Positions 1 through 13,639 of a DNA stretch of 64,000 nucleotides are shown here, piece after piece (position 1 is the first letter of the stretch; the number at the start of each line of letters is the position of its first letter). A program made the translations under genes and the position numbers. A model generated the notes under the pieces. That model had not been told where the DNA came from. It worked only from the letters and a program-made list of their open reading frames with translations, and did not search any database. The DNA comes from Octopus vulgaris (Eukaryota), in NCBI GenBank assembly GCA_951406725.2, contig OX597820.1, forward strand, positions 24,676,001-24,740,000, read 5' to 3'.

Positions 1-228
1 AAGCATGACAATCTAGGGAAAGTAATCCACTGGGAGTTATGGAGAAAGCTAGGATTTGAACATACTGATAAATGGTATTAACACGAAGTTAGTAAAATAC
101 TAGAAAGTAAAAAATATATGATGTTGGGCAACTTCTACATTTAGACTGACAGAGTAATAGAAGTTAGACAGTCTGATTTGGTAGTAGTAGATAACGAGAA
201 TAGAAAGTGCCAGATAATAAACTTTACG
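1..228 (+). mobile_element. Degenerate R4/Dong-clade (restriction-like endonuclease) non-LTR retrotransposon, C-terminal fragment
   Basis: Frame 1 reads KHDNLGKVIHWELWRKLG..KWY*H..ILE..NFYI*TDRVIEVRQSDLVVVDNENRKCQIINF. This matches the RHD..IHW..WY.H..WDF.IQTD..RPDIVV..C.IID pattern of RLE LINEs. Two in-frame stops. Confidence 0.8.
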
Positions 229-1412
229 GAAATAGGTGTCAGATGAACTGAGGACGGGATTTGAGGCCATGTGGCGCAAAGGAGCGAAGAGAGAAGATTA
301 ATACCTGCTCATGGCGAATGTGGGAGTCCGGATGGCCCATCTACAAAGACAATCAGAACACGACAGGTTTTGTAGTGAATGACTGGTGGAGTGGAAATGG
401 CTCGAGACCGGAGTGTCATTGCCTAGTCTGATGTCTCGAAGGTGCTTCGCGAACCGGTCAGCCAAGAAACATCCTGTTTGACCGATGTATAAAGAAGGGC
501 AGAAAGAGCGGGAGATGTAGTAAATGACGTTGCTAGAAGTGCAGGTAAAGGAGTCGATGCTATGATAGGGGCTATAGTGGGTACTTGTGAGGATGGTGGT
601 GTTGGAGAGGTAGTGGAAAGTACAGCAGCATGTGTGGGATCGAGGGAACGAGCCAGGTTGGGAGGTGGGGCTAGAGAAGAGACTGTTGACCAAGAGCTCA
701 TGCAGGTTGTAGGCTCGTTTGAAGTAGGGAATGTGTAGGTTGCGGAAAACGTGCGAGGTGAAGCTGTTGAACTGGAGCCACCGGAACGCTCGGAGAATGG
801 TGCGTTGGAGGGGCAGGATGGTGGGGTGGTAAGTGAAGGGAAACTGGAGACGGGCAACGGCGGGGTGGGTAGGGAGAGAGAGATCAGAGGCAGGGTCCGC
901 GGAAGTGCTCTATCAAGGGCTGTGTGGATTGTGCTGAGAAGCGAGAAGATATCCACGAAGGATGAAGTGGCGGGCCATGAGTTGAGATTGAGTCATGGTT
1001 CTCACTGCAGAGCCTACGCAGACTGAGGAAATGGGAGTAGGGGATGCATAGTTGGTGTGGGTAGGATGGGAGGAGGAGAAGTTAAGGAATGAGTATGAGT
1101 CGGTGTGTTTGTAGTGGATGGAGGTAGTGAGAGTGAAGTGGTGTATGTTGATCGAAATGTCAAGAAATGCGACGGATGTGATGGAAATAGTGCAGGAGAA
1201 TTAGGAGGCATGATGGAAAGATTGGACAAAAGAGAGGAAGGAGTCTAGCTGTTCGCGGGAGAGCGATTTCGCACCAATGCAGTCATCAATATAACGACCT
1301 ATAGTTCAGGATTGGGACCAGTGAATCGTGAGAATATTTAGGCCTCAACGTGGCCAACGAACAAGTTCGCATAGTTAGGGACCATTCTCGTTCCCATGTC
1401 CACTCCTAAGAG
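229..1412 (-). mobile_element. 5'-truncated, frameshifted Penelope-like element (RT + GIY-YIG endonuclease; Neptune-like)
   Basis: Minus strand reads [30 protein letters not shown] (PLE RT motifs, about 1275-1405). It also reads FTCTSSNVIYYIS..C..LYIGQTG..LADRF.KH..PVSSHF (GIY-YIG, ORF 298..693). GC-richer than the flanks. Confidence 0.9.
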
Positions 1413-1448
1413 TTATTGATATATATATATATATATATGTATATAGAC

Positions 1449-1516
<68 letters not shown>

Positions 1517-1519
<3 letters not shown>

Positions 1520-1687
1520 TCTTTATTACCCACAAAGGGCTAAACATAGAGGGGACAAACAAGGACAGACAAACGGATTAAGTCGATTATATCGACCCCA
1601 GTGCGTAACTGGTACTTAATTTATCGACCCCGAAAAGATGAAAGGCAAAGTCGGCCATAGCGGAATTTGAACTCAGAACGTAACGGC

Positions 1688-1690
<3 letters not shown>
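1517..1690 (-). mobile_element. SINE family A, 3' part (tail type 2)
   Basis: Near-identical to family A copies at 24360-24580 and 57671-57898. Confidence 0.8.
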
Positions 1691-1731
<41 letters not shown>

Positions 1732-2045
1732 CATATATATATACACACATATATGCATAAATCTATCTATCTACCTATCTCCCTATCTATTATCTATAAA
1801 TCTATCTATCTATCTATATATATATATACATATATATGTATATATGTATGCACTTATATATATATATATATACGCATATATATATACATACATATATGTA
1901 TATATATATACGTATATATATATATATATATTCGCATATGTAAATATATATGCGTGCTTTTACAATTTTATTCATTATACGTTTACATACATGCATACAT
2001 ATATGTATATACATATAATATATAGATAGATAGATAGATAGATAT

Positions 2046-2132
<87 letters not shown>

Positions 2133-2558
2133 TGAAGGTATATAGATTAGTAGGTAAATTCCATCATACAATCGAAGCGATCTGCAACAAAAAAGATTAC
2201 TAATTAAAGAATGTAAAAAAATTGCCTAAGTTTACTTTGTACAAGGTTTCTTTATAAAAATAGCTACCAATTGTCGACTATCTTTTCTTCAGGGATACTT
2301 AGCTGACAAACGTAATGAGTTCGTTACGCAACATTACCAGGAGAAATCTATGATTATAACAAATGTATGTCATCATCACAAAAAAGTTGAAATGGAATAG
2401 GTGGACTAAAGGAAAAGTAGAAAAAGAGAAGTGTAAACGGTAGGAAAGAAAAAAGAAATATGTTGAGAAATGAAAAGAAACAGAATGAACGACTACGTGC
2501 TGTGCTTACATATTGGTATACAGATGCACTCACGCACACAGACACACATATATACACA

Positions 2559-2607
<49 letters not shown>

Positions 2608-2840
2608 TTACAGATAAAGGGTGAAATATAATTAATTTAATAAAATCAACAAATTTCACTTAGTAATATTTCGGTATGGAAAAGGACCATATTCGGTAAA
2701 AACTTATATAATTATAGTTGGCTGTGAAATATTGTTGTCTGTGGAGACTTATTTTTGTAGTAAAAGGAAATAGTAGTCTTTTGGCTGTTATTTCTAAAAT
2801 TTTCGGTATTTGGTGAAGCAACTTGTTGCAAAAAAAACTC

Positions 2841-2888
<48 letters not shown>

Positions 2889-2891
<3 letters not shown>

Positions 2892-3750
2892 GGTGTTTCA
2901 AAAATTTGATATAATTTGAGATGTATCACAGAAACTACATAGTCAAAGCAAATGAAACTAAACAGGCTTAATGTTGAGCAACATAAGATTTATTCCTCCA
3001 AATTTAGTGAGAAATTCAATGGTATGTGGATCCCATGTACGATTTCCCAAATGTTCAACATGCGCACCGCCTGAGACACGACACATGTCAAGTCGGTAGT
3101 CCAGCTCCTCCCAAACACGCTGCAGCATGTCTTGACTTTAACATTCGTATGAAATGTGGCCACATCACTGAAAACAAGACGTTCCTTCAACTCGGCTTCT
3201 TCGAGCTTTTCTTGCATATCAACAGAATTGTTTGCGCTTTCGCTTGACATCTGCGGTTATGGCCTGAACGAGCTGCAGCTTGTAGGGTTTTATTAGCAAG
3301 CCTTTCCTCAGGATACACCAAACTGTCGTTGGAGGAACTTGGGTTTCCAGACTAGTTCTTCTTATGGACTTCTTGTGGCTTCGCAAGAGTTTTTGGCGAA
3401 CCAGATTGACCGTCTCTTCTGATGTTAGTGGTTGTTCACATCCTTTTGACCTGCCCAGACAGAGCTCCACCTTAAATTTTTTGTGCCATTTCCAAATCTG
3501 CATGGTTGGTGGTAAATTTTTTGAGAACTCTCTCACAAATGCACGCTGTACAGTCTTGTTCGTCTGTGTTCGAGCATATTCCAACACACAAAACGACTTT
3601 TCTCTGCCAGTGAACACCATTTTTATACCTGAAAAGATAAGCATATCAAACATTGAACATAAAATTTTGATTTGAAAATTTGAAGTCATTTGAACAAGGA
3701 CTGGCATAGTTATTAGATTGTGAAATGATATCAAATCTTTTGAAACACCC

Positions 3751-3752
<2 letters not shown>
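2889..3752 (-). mobile_element. Internally deleted Tc1/mariner-superfamily DNA transposon with DUF4817-type HTH transposase remnant
   Basis: TIRs CAGGGTGTTTCAAAA and TTTTGAAACACCCTG, both flanked by TA. ORF MVFTGREKSFCVLEY..KSIRR.S.E..VP.TTVW.IL.K.L..KPYK.QLVQ, then frameshifted FSDVATFH (first catalytic D); the rest of the DDE core is deleted. Confidence 0.9.
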
Positions 3753-3802
<50 letters not shown>

Positions 3803-4371
3803 ATTCTCTGTGTGTGTAATAGCAGTTTGACCCAGCATTAGGTTACTTAAAGGTCCTGACCATAGAATATGCCCATGTTAACAGATGTTCGGAGTCAGAT
3901 GGAAAGTAAATTCAAAGGAATTTAAAAGAGCTCCATGATAACATAGAATGTACTGGATTAAGAATATGTGATTGCTAGATTTCCAATTAAATCTGTCAAG
4001 TTTGTTTATCACCATACCCGCTGACCAATGGCCGAAACCTGTAAATGTGTGAATACACACATAAATACGTAGATGCATCTACATACAAAAATATGTGTAT
4101 GTGTGTGGTGTGCGTGTGTGTGTGTGTGTCTCCTTTTGTGTCTGTGTGTATCCTTCCTCCTTCTAACATGGAATGAAAACTTTTAATGTAACATTATCAC
4201 TAACTTTTTAGCGATGATTTGCACAAGCGAAACCGGTCGACTGTTTAAATATTTTATTTCACAAAAGTATATTGTATGTATTTTGTTCAACTCAGTTTCT
4301 GTGCATTTTCCTTCTTTTTATATTTTCATTACACTTTACCACGTGCAAAAAGTTTTTATCGCACTCCTTTT

Positions 4372-4439
<68 letters not shown>

Positions 4440-4681
4440 CTAATATTATTGAATTATTCAATCATATTTTTTGCTAGTCTATTTTGTGATTCTGTCTTAT
4501 CTCATGGTACGATATGAACATTTAACGTGGTTTTTAAAGTCAGGGTTTTGACTGCTATTTCGGCATGGTGTTGTCTCTCAGACACCCTTATTTTTAGTTG
4601 TAAAAGAATTATTACCTTTGTACGGTATTTTTTCCCACGCTGGCCACTTGATAATATCGATATTATCCTTATTTATAAATT

Positions 4682-4758
<77 letters not shown>

Positions 4759-4759
4759 G

Positions 4760-4845
4760 ACTTTTTCTATTCTGAGCATTATACTAATACATCTGTTTGT
4801 TTTGTACACCACCTGTCTTCGTCTTTTGCTTTTTTCGTAAACTCT

Positions 4846-4850
<5 letters not shown>
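4760..4850 (+). repeat. Short dispersed repeat, putative PLE pLTR 3' tail, inside (TA)n
   Basis: CTGAGCATTATACTAATAC..TGTTTGT..CCACCTGTCTTCGTCTTTTG is similar to 5150-5230 (+) and 60115-60215 (-). Confidence 0.55.
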
Positions 4851-4893
<43 letters not shown>

Positions 4894-5034
4894 TATCATA
4901 TTATATTACATATGTGTGTGTGTACATACATACATAATACATACATGCATATGCATACATACATACATACATACATACATACATACATACATACATACAT
5001 ACATACATACATACATACTTTCATCCACACATCC

Positions 5035-5235
5035 TTTCTATATGCTTCACCGGTTAACTCAGACATGGTTTTTTTCTCTCCTTTGTTTCCTATTCGTCAA
5101 CACTTTCTTTAGAAGTGCGTAAGGTCGAAATGTTAAAAAACGTCTTACATTATTCCTGACCGTTAAACTAATACAGTCTGTCTGTTGTTCTTTCACCGAC
5201 AATGTGATGTATCTTATTCTTTGTTTTTTGGACCA
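5035..5235 (+). repeat. Putative PLE pLTR remnant with decayed hammerhead-like motif
   Basis: Same tail as 4760-4850, preceded by ..GCGTAAGGTC GAAATGTTA AAA. The 5' CUGANGA core is not intact. Confidence 0.4.
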
Positions 5236-5367
5236 TATATATATATATATATATACATACATACATACATACATACATACATACATACATACATACATAC
5301 ACACACATACATACATATATATATATATGTATATTCCATTATATATATTTATATATATATGTATATA

Positions 5368-5409
<42 letters not shown>

Positions 5410-6160
5410 TGTATGTGTGTATCTATATGTCCATATATCTATACATACATATGTATGTATGTATGTATGTTGTATGTATGTATGTATGTATGTATGTATG
5501 TATGTATGTGTGTATGTATATGTGTATGTATGTATGTGCGTACGTACGTATGTATGTATTATAAACATTGATTGCTCCTCTAACGGAATAATTAATTTAA
5601 AGAATAACATAGAATACATGAATATATAAATTAATTAACCAACACTAGTTGATTCAGTGAAGCCATCGAATTATATGAAATTACAAACACATGACAAGAA
5701 TAAAAAGCTATGTAACCAAGACGTTTTGATTTTGCAATTTTTTTCTTTCTTTTTCTTCGACTAGAGATCCATTTATTGTCGTGGAGATATTTTAAGTAGG
5801 GAATAACTTTTATGAATATATCGAACATCGATTTTGATGTAGTTGCGAAAGAACCATCTGTGTATGAAGGTGGGGAAAATGATATAGATAAAGACAAAAA
5901 TCTATTGTAACACTACAATGATATCAAAAGCTTTCCACTCTTTCATTGTCCGGTTTGTTAACTTTCCCCAGCCATCAAACCTTTGTTAAAGTGGACTGTC
6001 AAAAAATTTCGAAATTCTCTAAATTTCCTCGGCAATTATTTGAAACTTGAAACTCATACCAGAGCAACTCTTTGTAAACTTTACTTAAATAAGAAGTCAT
6101 CTCTACTCATTTCTTCAAATATATAACACTGTACCAAGACCTTTCTTTTTCTTATTCTAC

Positions 6161-6210
<50 letters not shown>

Positions 6211-6252
6211 TCAATAAATGGTGGGGTTGTGTTGACCGCACGTGGAGAAATG

Positions 6253-7152
6253 ATAAGTAAGGAAAAATTTTTTTTAAAAATGCAGAATGCTCAAATGAAA
6301 GAAAATTTTAATAAAATGAGAAATTGATAAAATATATAAATATATATTTATTCAACCGGTTTTCGTCATTGTATGACTTGTCAAGAATATTTATGTTTAA
6401 AAAGTTTTTTAAAAATTAGAAATGGGAAAAAAAGAAAATTGCATTGTTTTTTGCAAAAGAATAATGATAAAAATGTACAAAAATTAAAAAAATAAGTACT
6501 CCGATACATTGTGAGTTCGTTGTGTATCTTGAGTTTAATGATTGTTCACGAAAAAATTACCTTGAGGTGTTAGGATCCAAAGGGATTAAGAGCATGTGTT
6601 GTTTGGTTTAATTCAGGATGTTGGCAGGACAGGAAGTAGTAGTAATTGTGGTTCTTCAGTTCCTGTGTTGTGAGTAAGGGGAGACAACTCTTTTGAGTTC
6701 TTCAATAAGGGCTGTTGGTAAAACCCAAATTATAAAATTATTATTTTAGCTTCATTTGCGTTATCTTTTTTATATAATTGCTTGTTAACTTAACACAAAT
6801 ATATAAAGATACCATGCATTCATCACTTCAAGCTAAAACTTATATTCTTTAAATATCATTTTTACTATTGTTGTTATTACTATCATTTTTATTATCAATC
6901 TGAAATACAATTGTATATGCAGATTTATTTATATAATTAGAAAATAATATAAATAAAATGTTAAAATCTGAAAGTTTTTCCCCTTTCTAATTTTTAAAAA
7001 ACTTTTTAAACATAAATATTCTTGACAAGTCATACAATGACGAAAACCGGTTGAATAAATATATATTTATATATTTTATCAATTTCTCATTTTATTAAAA
7101 TTTTCTTTCATTTGAGCATTCTGCATTTTTAAAAAAAATTTTCCTTACTTAT
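6253..7152 (-). mobile_element. Short element with ~178-bp inverted repeats, each carrying an HHR-like motif; probable truncated PLE with inverted pLTR
   Basis: 6253-6431 is the reverse complement of 6975-7152. The minus-strand interior has ..HPELNQ, resembling the P.LN end of a PLE GIY-YIG domain. Confidence 0.7.
7017..7057 (+). ncRNA. Type I hammerhead-like motif, U3-A8 core variant (mirror copy 6349-6389 on minus)
   Basis: TATTC-TTGACAA-GTCA(tacaa)TGAC-GAAAACCGGTT-GAATA. Stem I is TATTC/GAATA, stem II is GTCA/TGAC and stem III is palindromic. One extra A relative to the usual register. Confidence 0.55.
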
Positions 7153-7260
7153 ATATATATATATATATATACTTCTGTCTGTCTGTCTGTCTATCTATAT
7201 CTATCTATCTCATTATCTATATATATATATGTGTGTGTATGCATATATATAACATGTAAC

Positions 7261-7314
<54 letters not shown>

Positions 7315-7338
7315 CATACATATATATATACATATATA

Positions 7339-7788
7339 TATATATTAGAAGAAATGAGGTACTCAGAAGATCGGATGGTTTATATTTACAGATATTTATT
7401 TGTATATTACATTTTTTATATATATATATCATATCACTTATATCATTAGCGCTTTCTCCCATTCTAGTGGGGTTTTCAAATCAAACTAAGTTCCTGTGTG
7501 AGGGGTTTTGATCATTTTATAGAGTTTGTAGTGGTGGGGAGGAATATAAGACAGTACATCCATCACCCTCTTGTACTGTCTTATATTCCTCCCCACCACT
7601 ACAAACTCTATAAGTTGGTCAAAACTCCTCACACAGGAACTTAGTTTGATTTGAAACCCTACTAGAATGGGAGAGAGCGCTAATGATATAAGTGATATGA
7701 TATATATATAAAAAATGTAATATACAAATAAATATCTGTAAATATAAACCACCCGGTCTTCTGAGGACCTCATTTCTTCTAATATATA
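7339..7788. repeat. Foldback: ~218-bp inverted arms, 13-nt spacer
   Basis: 7339-7558 is the reverse complement of 7572-7788, with scattered mismatches. Confidence 0.95.
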
Positions 7789-7906
7789 ATAACTGTACAT
7801 CATCTCCAAACCTTCCAATATATAATATATATATATATATGTATATGTGTGTGTGTGTGTGTGCGTGTGTATGTGTGTGTAAAGTTTTTAGAACATTTAT
7901 AAATAG

Positions 7907-7954
7907 GTCTTACAGCTGTTTCCAGGATATTTATTATATCCCTTCATCGGAGAC
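7907..7954 (-). ncRNA. Type I hammerhead ribozyme, probably inactivated (U4C)
   Basis: Reverse complement: GTCT-CCGATGA-AGGGATAT(aataa)ATATCCTG-GAAAC-AGCT-GTA-AGAC. Confidence 0.8.
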
Positions 7955-8058
7955 GGTGGGAGAAGATGGTTAATCAATAGTTAATTTATATAAGATAGGA
8001 AATAGAGAGTGAAGTGGAGGAATGGCAATAGATGTAAAATATGCAGGGATATTGCATT

Positions 8059-8133
<75 letters not shown>

Positions 8134-8538
8134 ATTATATACGTTTTGATTATTTTTTTGCAATTTACTTAATCATTGATATTTTATTGCTATTTTTATT
8201 TTAATATTTCTATTATATGTAATTTTCTAGATGGTATAATTTAATTGTTCCTTTTGAATTGATAAAAGGTGGTTTTTTCATATTTATTTATATATATATA
8301 TATATATTCATATATTCATATATATACATATATACATACATACATACATAAATACATACATACATACATACATACAAACATACATACATACATACATATA
8401 TGCTTTGGACGTAATCTTCAGAAAGGAAAAAGAAGCATGTCGTGAGAGAAATAGTGTAATCAATAAAAACTTAAAGAACAAAATTATGAGAATTATACGC
8501 GCATACACATACGCACACACACGAACACACACATACGC

Positions 8539-8569
<31 letters not shown>

Positions 8570-9424
8570 AGTATACGCGAGCGCACGCACAGACATACTT
8601 CGCGCGCCCATATATACATACATGCAGGTACAGTATATATTAAAGATTTGTAGGTACGTGGTACTTCGTTATGCAAACACAATGTAATATACTAAACATT
8701 ATGCTATACTATATTTATATAATATTTATTTATTTTGTACAAGATGAGAAGCAACGCAAATAATTCACCGGATACGATGGAGGTAAAAATATAAGTTTCA
8801 ATTTCGTATTGTACTTAAATGTCACTCTCCAATATTTGGAAACTGATTGGTTTTCAGCAAAGAAAAATACATTTGTCAGACATAGACGAAAGTCGGCTTA
8901 GAAAATACGTCGAGCTGAAATTTAAAAGTGATTGAAAAGTGTCATCCCTATAAATATATATGTGTGTTTGCGTGCGTATATGTGTGTGTGTATACATAAA
9001 CAGACAAACATGTGCACATGAATACATACATACATACATACATACATACATACATACATACATACATACGTATATATATATATATATATACGTATATATA
9101 TGCGTATATTCACATTACTAAAATTATTCGATGAATGAGAAATCAAAACTGGAATGTGAGAAGAAAATCTTTTTAACAATTTTTGTTATTTTTCTGAAAG
9201 CAAAGACTTCTGGCTGACAGAGATCAGCATCTTTACTACCAGAATTCGAAATGTGAATGACAGTCTCGTCAGCCTTATTGCTGGCGAATCATTTGTATTC
9301 TTTAAATTGTCATTGAAAAATGCTGATCCCTCTCAGCAGGAAACCTTTGGTACCAGAGAAATAACAAACATTCTATATAAGAAGTCTTTGTTTGTTTGTT
9401 TGTTTGTTTGTTTGTTTGTTTGTT

Positions 9425-9538
<114 letters not shown>

Positions 9539-10316
9539 CTTGTGTGTTTGCGTTTATTAGTTTGGGGTGATAAGTCATATTTTCGAAGAGAAATGGTCTG
9601 TGGTATTGACGTGTGACTGAATTACGATCCTCAATGTCGATTTGGTACCCCTTGTCATAAAACAAGGATGAAATTAATGCCTGGCAAGGAATACTGGGAT
9701 CAATATAACTGACTCCAATCTCTTGAAGGCTACATTCCACTATAGCAGACAATAATAAAAGAAGAATAGAAAATATTTACAAGACTTCCCCCTGATCGTC
9801 ACTGAATATCTTATAACAACAGTGTTTCCAGCGCCATCATCTCAAAACCTTTCCAGCTTTTGCAATAAGAAACGATGTGAATAATTAGTCAGTGAAACCT
9901 TAAAATGTTCCGCAATTACTTCTAATTCTTCTGCCAGGAACTGGCAGTTCAGATCTTTCCAAAGTCTACTGTGCCTCTCATGCCTTCGAGGTTGAAACAA
10001 TGAAGTAGCAGTCAAGTGTTGCTATGTGTGTAATTGACTAATCGCTCTCATCAAAACTGCTGGCTTCGCGTCTAAATCAGAAATCATTGTATTTTTTGAG
10101 AAAACATATTGGTCTTATGTTACGCTCAAAATACTTCCATTTTAACATTAAATGCTTCCGGCTCTATCGGCCCTCTTGAAGAACAGCTAATTTATATAGT
10201 TTATGAGGATGTAACGAAAACAACACTGGTTTTCAAATGGTGACGATAACACTGACACACACACACACTCACGTACACACACACACACTCACGTACACAC
10301 ACACACACACTCACGT

Positions 10317-10381
<65 letters not shown>

Positions 10382-10425
10382 TGATAATATCAATGATTAA
10401 TAATAATAATGACAATCTAGGCGTA

Positions 10426-10493
10426 CCTGTTGATGAAGACTTCGCTTAGCAAATTATTTTATTTGCTAAAAAAGTCTGAAAACATGGTCTAGG
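10426..10493 (+). ncRNA. Degenerate type I hammerhead ribozyme with extended stem II
   Basis: CCTG-TTGATGA-AGACTT..TTAGCAAAT(tatttt)ATTTGCTAA..AAGTCT-GAAAA-CATG-GTC-TAGG. Substitutions at C3 and position 15.2. Confidence 0.75.
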
Positions 10494-10624
10494 AGATAGA
10501 TGGTAAATGTTTTTATTTTTCATTCCCTTCGAGGTTAATCCTTAATAGTGGTTTGGATTTTAGCTGTTCCTTCTAGCTTCCAAGGAATCCTATGACTGAT
10601 ACCTCTTGTGTGTTCAAATGTACA

Positions 10625-10709
<85 letters not shown>

Positions 10710-11128
10710 CCTTTATTCTTTTATCCCTTTATTTGCTTCAGTCATTTGACTGCAGCCATACTGGAGCACCACCGTTAGTTGAGCAAATCGACCCCAGGAT
10801 TTACTCTCTGTAAGCCTAGTACTTATTCTATCGGCCTCTTTTGCCGAACCACTAAGTTACGGGAACGTAGACACACTAACATCGGTTGTCAAGCAATGGT
10901 GGGTGGACAAACACTGACACAGACACACACGCACACATACACACACACTCACACACACACACACACATACATATATACGACGGGCTTCTTTCAGTTTCCG
11001 TCTACCAAATCCACTCACAAGGCTTTGGTCAGCCTGAGGTTACAGTAGTCCGAGTTCCCACGCAGTGGGACTAAACCCGAAACCATGTGGTTCGTAAGCA
11101 AGCTACTTACCATACACCACTCCTGCGC
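10710..11128 (-). mobile_element. SINE family C, full length (tRNA-derived head, internal microsatellite)
   Basis: Head GGCGCAGGAGTGGTGTATGG..GGGTTTAGTCCC on minus; body matches 35872-36285 and 52103-52500. Confidence 0.85.
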
Positions 11129-11697
11129 CAAAGATGAACGTCCGCAAAATTTCCGTCGACAAGGCAGTCGACCTGGTCTCATAGTAGTAGAAGACACTTG
11201 GTGCTGTGTAGTGGGACTGAACATGAGACGACGTGGCTACAAAGCAATCACTTATCCACAGACCTATGCATGTAGCTGACATAGTGTATGTTATTTCACC
11301 ATCTCCTTTACAGATGTCTATTTTCCCAGCCACTACATTTAAAAAAGAAACTCTATTCTGTTTTCCTTGAGGGCAGACAAAATGTAGGTCTGTCTTTTTG
11401 TTTTATAGCTATAAATACAAGTTTTCACTTACTTTTCACATATTATTTATCTAGTCATACATTGAATAAAATATTTAATGTACAACTATTAGTCGTAAAT
11501 ATAATCATTCTGTGTCAGCATTTCAAAGGTGTACTCCAATATGTAGGTTATAAAACAAGGATTTATCTTGTATAGCATTTAATATACCCGTACTCATCTT
11601 TGTTGCACGTGAGTGGCCATTTTGAGTGATTTTTCTTAGCATTTTAGTTTCATTTCATTTACACACACATGCACACACACACACACACACACACATA

Positions 11698-11828
11698 CAG
11701 AGTGGACCAAAAATAACGCACAAAATAAGTTCAATATGCTCTGGAATTGTCACACTTGCTTCAATTTTTTCTAAATAGAATAATGGTGAATACACACGAA
11801 CTTGTGCATTATGAAGAAAATGTATAAC

Positions 11829-11895
<67 letters not shown>

Positions 11896-11907
11896 GTAAT
11901 AATAATA

Positions 11908-11939
<32 letters not shown>

Positions 11940-11990
11940 GTAATATAAAATATCAACTGTTTTTGTGCGTGACTTGTGGCCAACCCTATG
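11698..11990. mobile_element. Tc1-like MITE with internal (AAT)n expansion
   Basis: Imperfect TIRs CAGAGTGGACCAAAAATAACGCACAAAA and TTTTGTGCGTGACTTGTGGCCAACCCTATG, flanked by TA. Confidence 0.6.
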
Positions 11991-12538
11991 TAAGTATGTA
12001 CATATGTGTGTATACGTAATTCCTTTAGTTTGCAATTTAGAATATCATAAATTATTTCCGAGTTGTGTGTGTGTGTCTGTGTTTTGTACTCTATCCTGCT
12101 CATGAATTTCAAAATATCTGTAGGTCTCTGCTTACTTTAAAAATAATGTATGTTTCTTCTATCGAAAATGACAGACATTTTGTGTGTGTGTGTGTGCGTG
12201 TGTGTGTGTGTGTGTGTGTGCGTGTATGTGAAGTTTTCTCTAAAAGCTGCGTTAGCACAATTATAAAACTGAATCCCTCTCCGTTCCATTTGTGATTCTG
12301 TGCACTGAATGTAACAGAATTTAGTTGTTTTTTCTGTTGTCTCCGGAGTAAGCGCTACTGAAAGCTATCCATATAAGACATGTGATTGATAGGCCTTTCA
12401 TAGCATTTATATTTGTGTTAAGTTTTGCTTCTGTTTTGTTAGTTAAATTATCTATGCCGAGCAAAAAAGGAATAAAGAGAATGATATTTTTTTCTTTCAA
12501 AAGAAATTGCTTTCGTCTTCATAACATAATTTATTCGT

Positions 12539-12893
12539 GGAGGCGCAATGGCCCAGTGGTTAGGGCAGCGGACTCGCGGTCGTAGGATCGCGGTTTCGAT
12601 TCTCAGACCGGGCGTTGTGAGTGTTTATTGACGACAGGGGGTGGGAGTGACGAGCCCTGCTGTACTCTTTCACCACAACTTTCCTCACTCTTTCTTCCTG
12701 TTTCTGTTGTACCTGTATTTCAAAGGGGCCAGTCTTGTCACACTCTGTGTCACGCTGAATCTCCCCGAGAACTACTTTAAGGGTACACGTATCTGTGGAA
12801 TGCTCTGCCACTTGTACGTTAATTTCACGAGCAGACTGTTCCGTTGATCGGATCAACTGGAACCCTCGTCGTCGTAACCGACGGAGTGCCACG
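12539..12893 (+). mobile_element. SINE family B (tRNA-derived head)
   Basis: GGAGGCGCAATGGCCCAGTGG (A box)..GGTTTCGATTC (B box); other copies at 26632, 34115, 25590(-) and 43730(-). Confidence 0.85.
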
Positions 12894-12974
12894 ATAGTTT
12901 CTTCTCTGTATCTTCAGAAGTGTTTGCTACATATTTATGGCACATTTGATTTATTCTTATTTTTATTACTTTAC

Positions 12975-13630
12975 TGGCAGAACCGTTAGCACGCTGGACG
13001 AAATGCTTAGCTGTATTTCGCCTGCCGTTACGTTCTGAGTTCAAATTCCGCCGAGGTCGACTTTGCCTTTCATCCTTTCGGGGTTGATAAATTAAGTACC
13101 AGTTATGCACTGGGGTCGATATAATCGACAAGTCCCCCACTACAAATCTCAGACCGTGTGCCTATAGTTGAAAGGTTATTACTATTTTACTTAAGGTGGC
13201 GAGCTGGCAGAGTCGTTAGCACACCGGACTAAATGCTTAGCGGCAGGTCTTCTGGCTTGAGTTCAAATCCCACCGAAGTTAACATTGTGTTTAATCCTTT
13301 TTCGGGTCGATAAAATAAGTACGAGTTGAGCGCTGGGGCTCGATGTTACAGATTCGTCTCCCTCCCTGAAGTTTCAGGCGTTGTGCCTTTGGTGGAAATT
13401 TTATTACTTCATTCCTGAAGTGGAGAACTGGTAAACTATGCAAGAGAGCTGACAGAATCGTTCCCACGCCGGACAAAGTATCTAGCAGTACTTTTTCCGG
13501 CTCTTTATTTTCTGAGTTCAAATGCCATCGAAACCGACTTTGTCTTCATTTTCTTTAGGATCGATAAAATAAACTATCAGTTAAGTACTGACACTTTTGA
13601 AGTACTCCCCCTAAAATTTGAAAGGATTAT
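12975..13630 (+). mobile_element. Cluster of three SINE family A copies of increasing divergence
   Basis: Repeated CTGGCAGAA.CGTTAGCAC..GAGTTCAAATTCCGCCGAGGTCGACTTTGCCTTTCATCCTTTCGGGGTCGATAAA (Deu/Nin-like central domain, by recall). Confidence 0.8.
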
Positions 13631-13639
13631 TGCTACCTT

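Noticed and set aside
7755-7790. CTGAGGA in the foldback arm
   Set aside because: No downstream stem II or GAAA, and the other arm reads CTGAGTA.
8395-8425. CTGAAGA-TTACGTCC on minus strand
   Set aside because: The 5' strand of stem II and GAAAC are missing; too decayed to call.
12539-12615. tRNA-like sequences here and at 13640, 26632, 34115, 38567, 51374
   Set aside because: No acceptor stem closure and they continue into repeat bodies: SINE heads, not tRNA genes.
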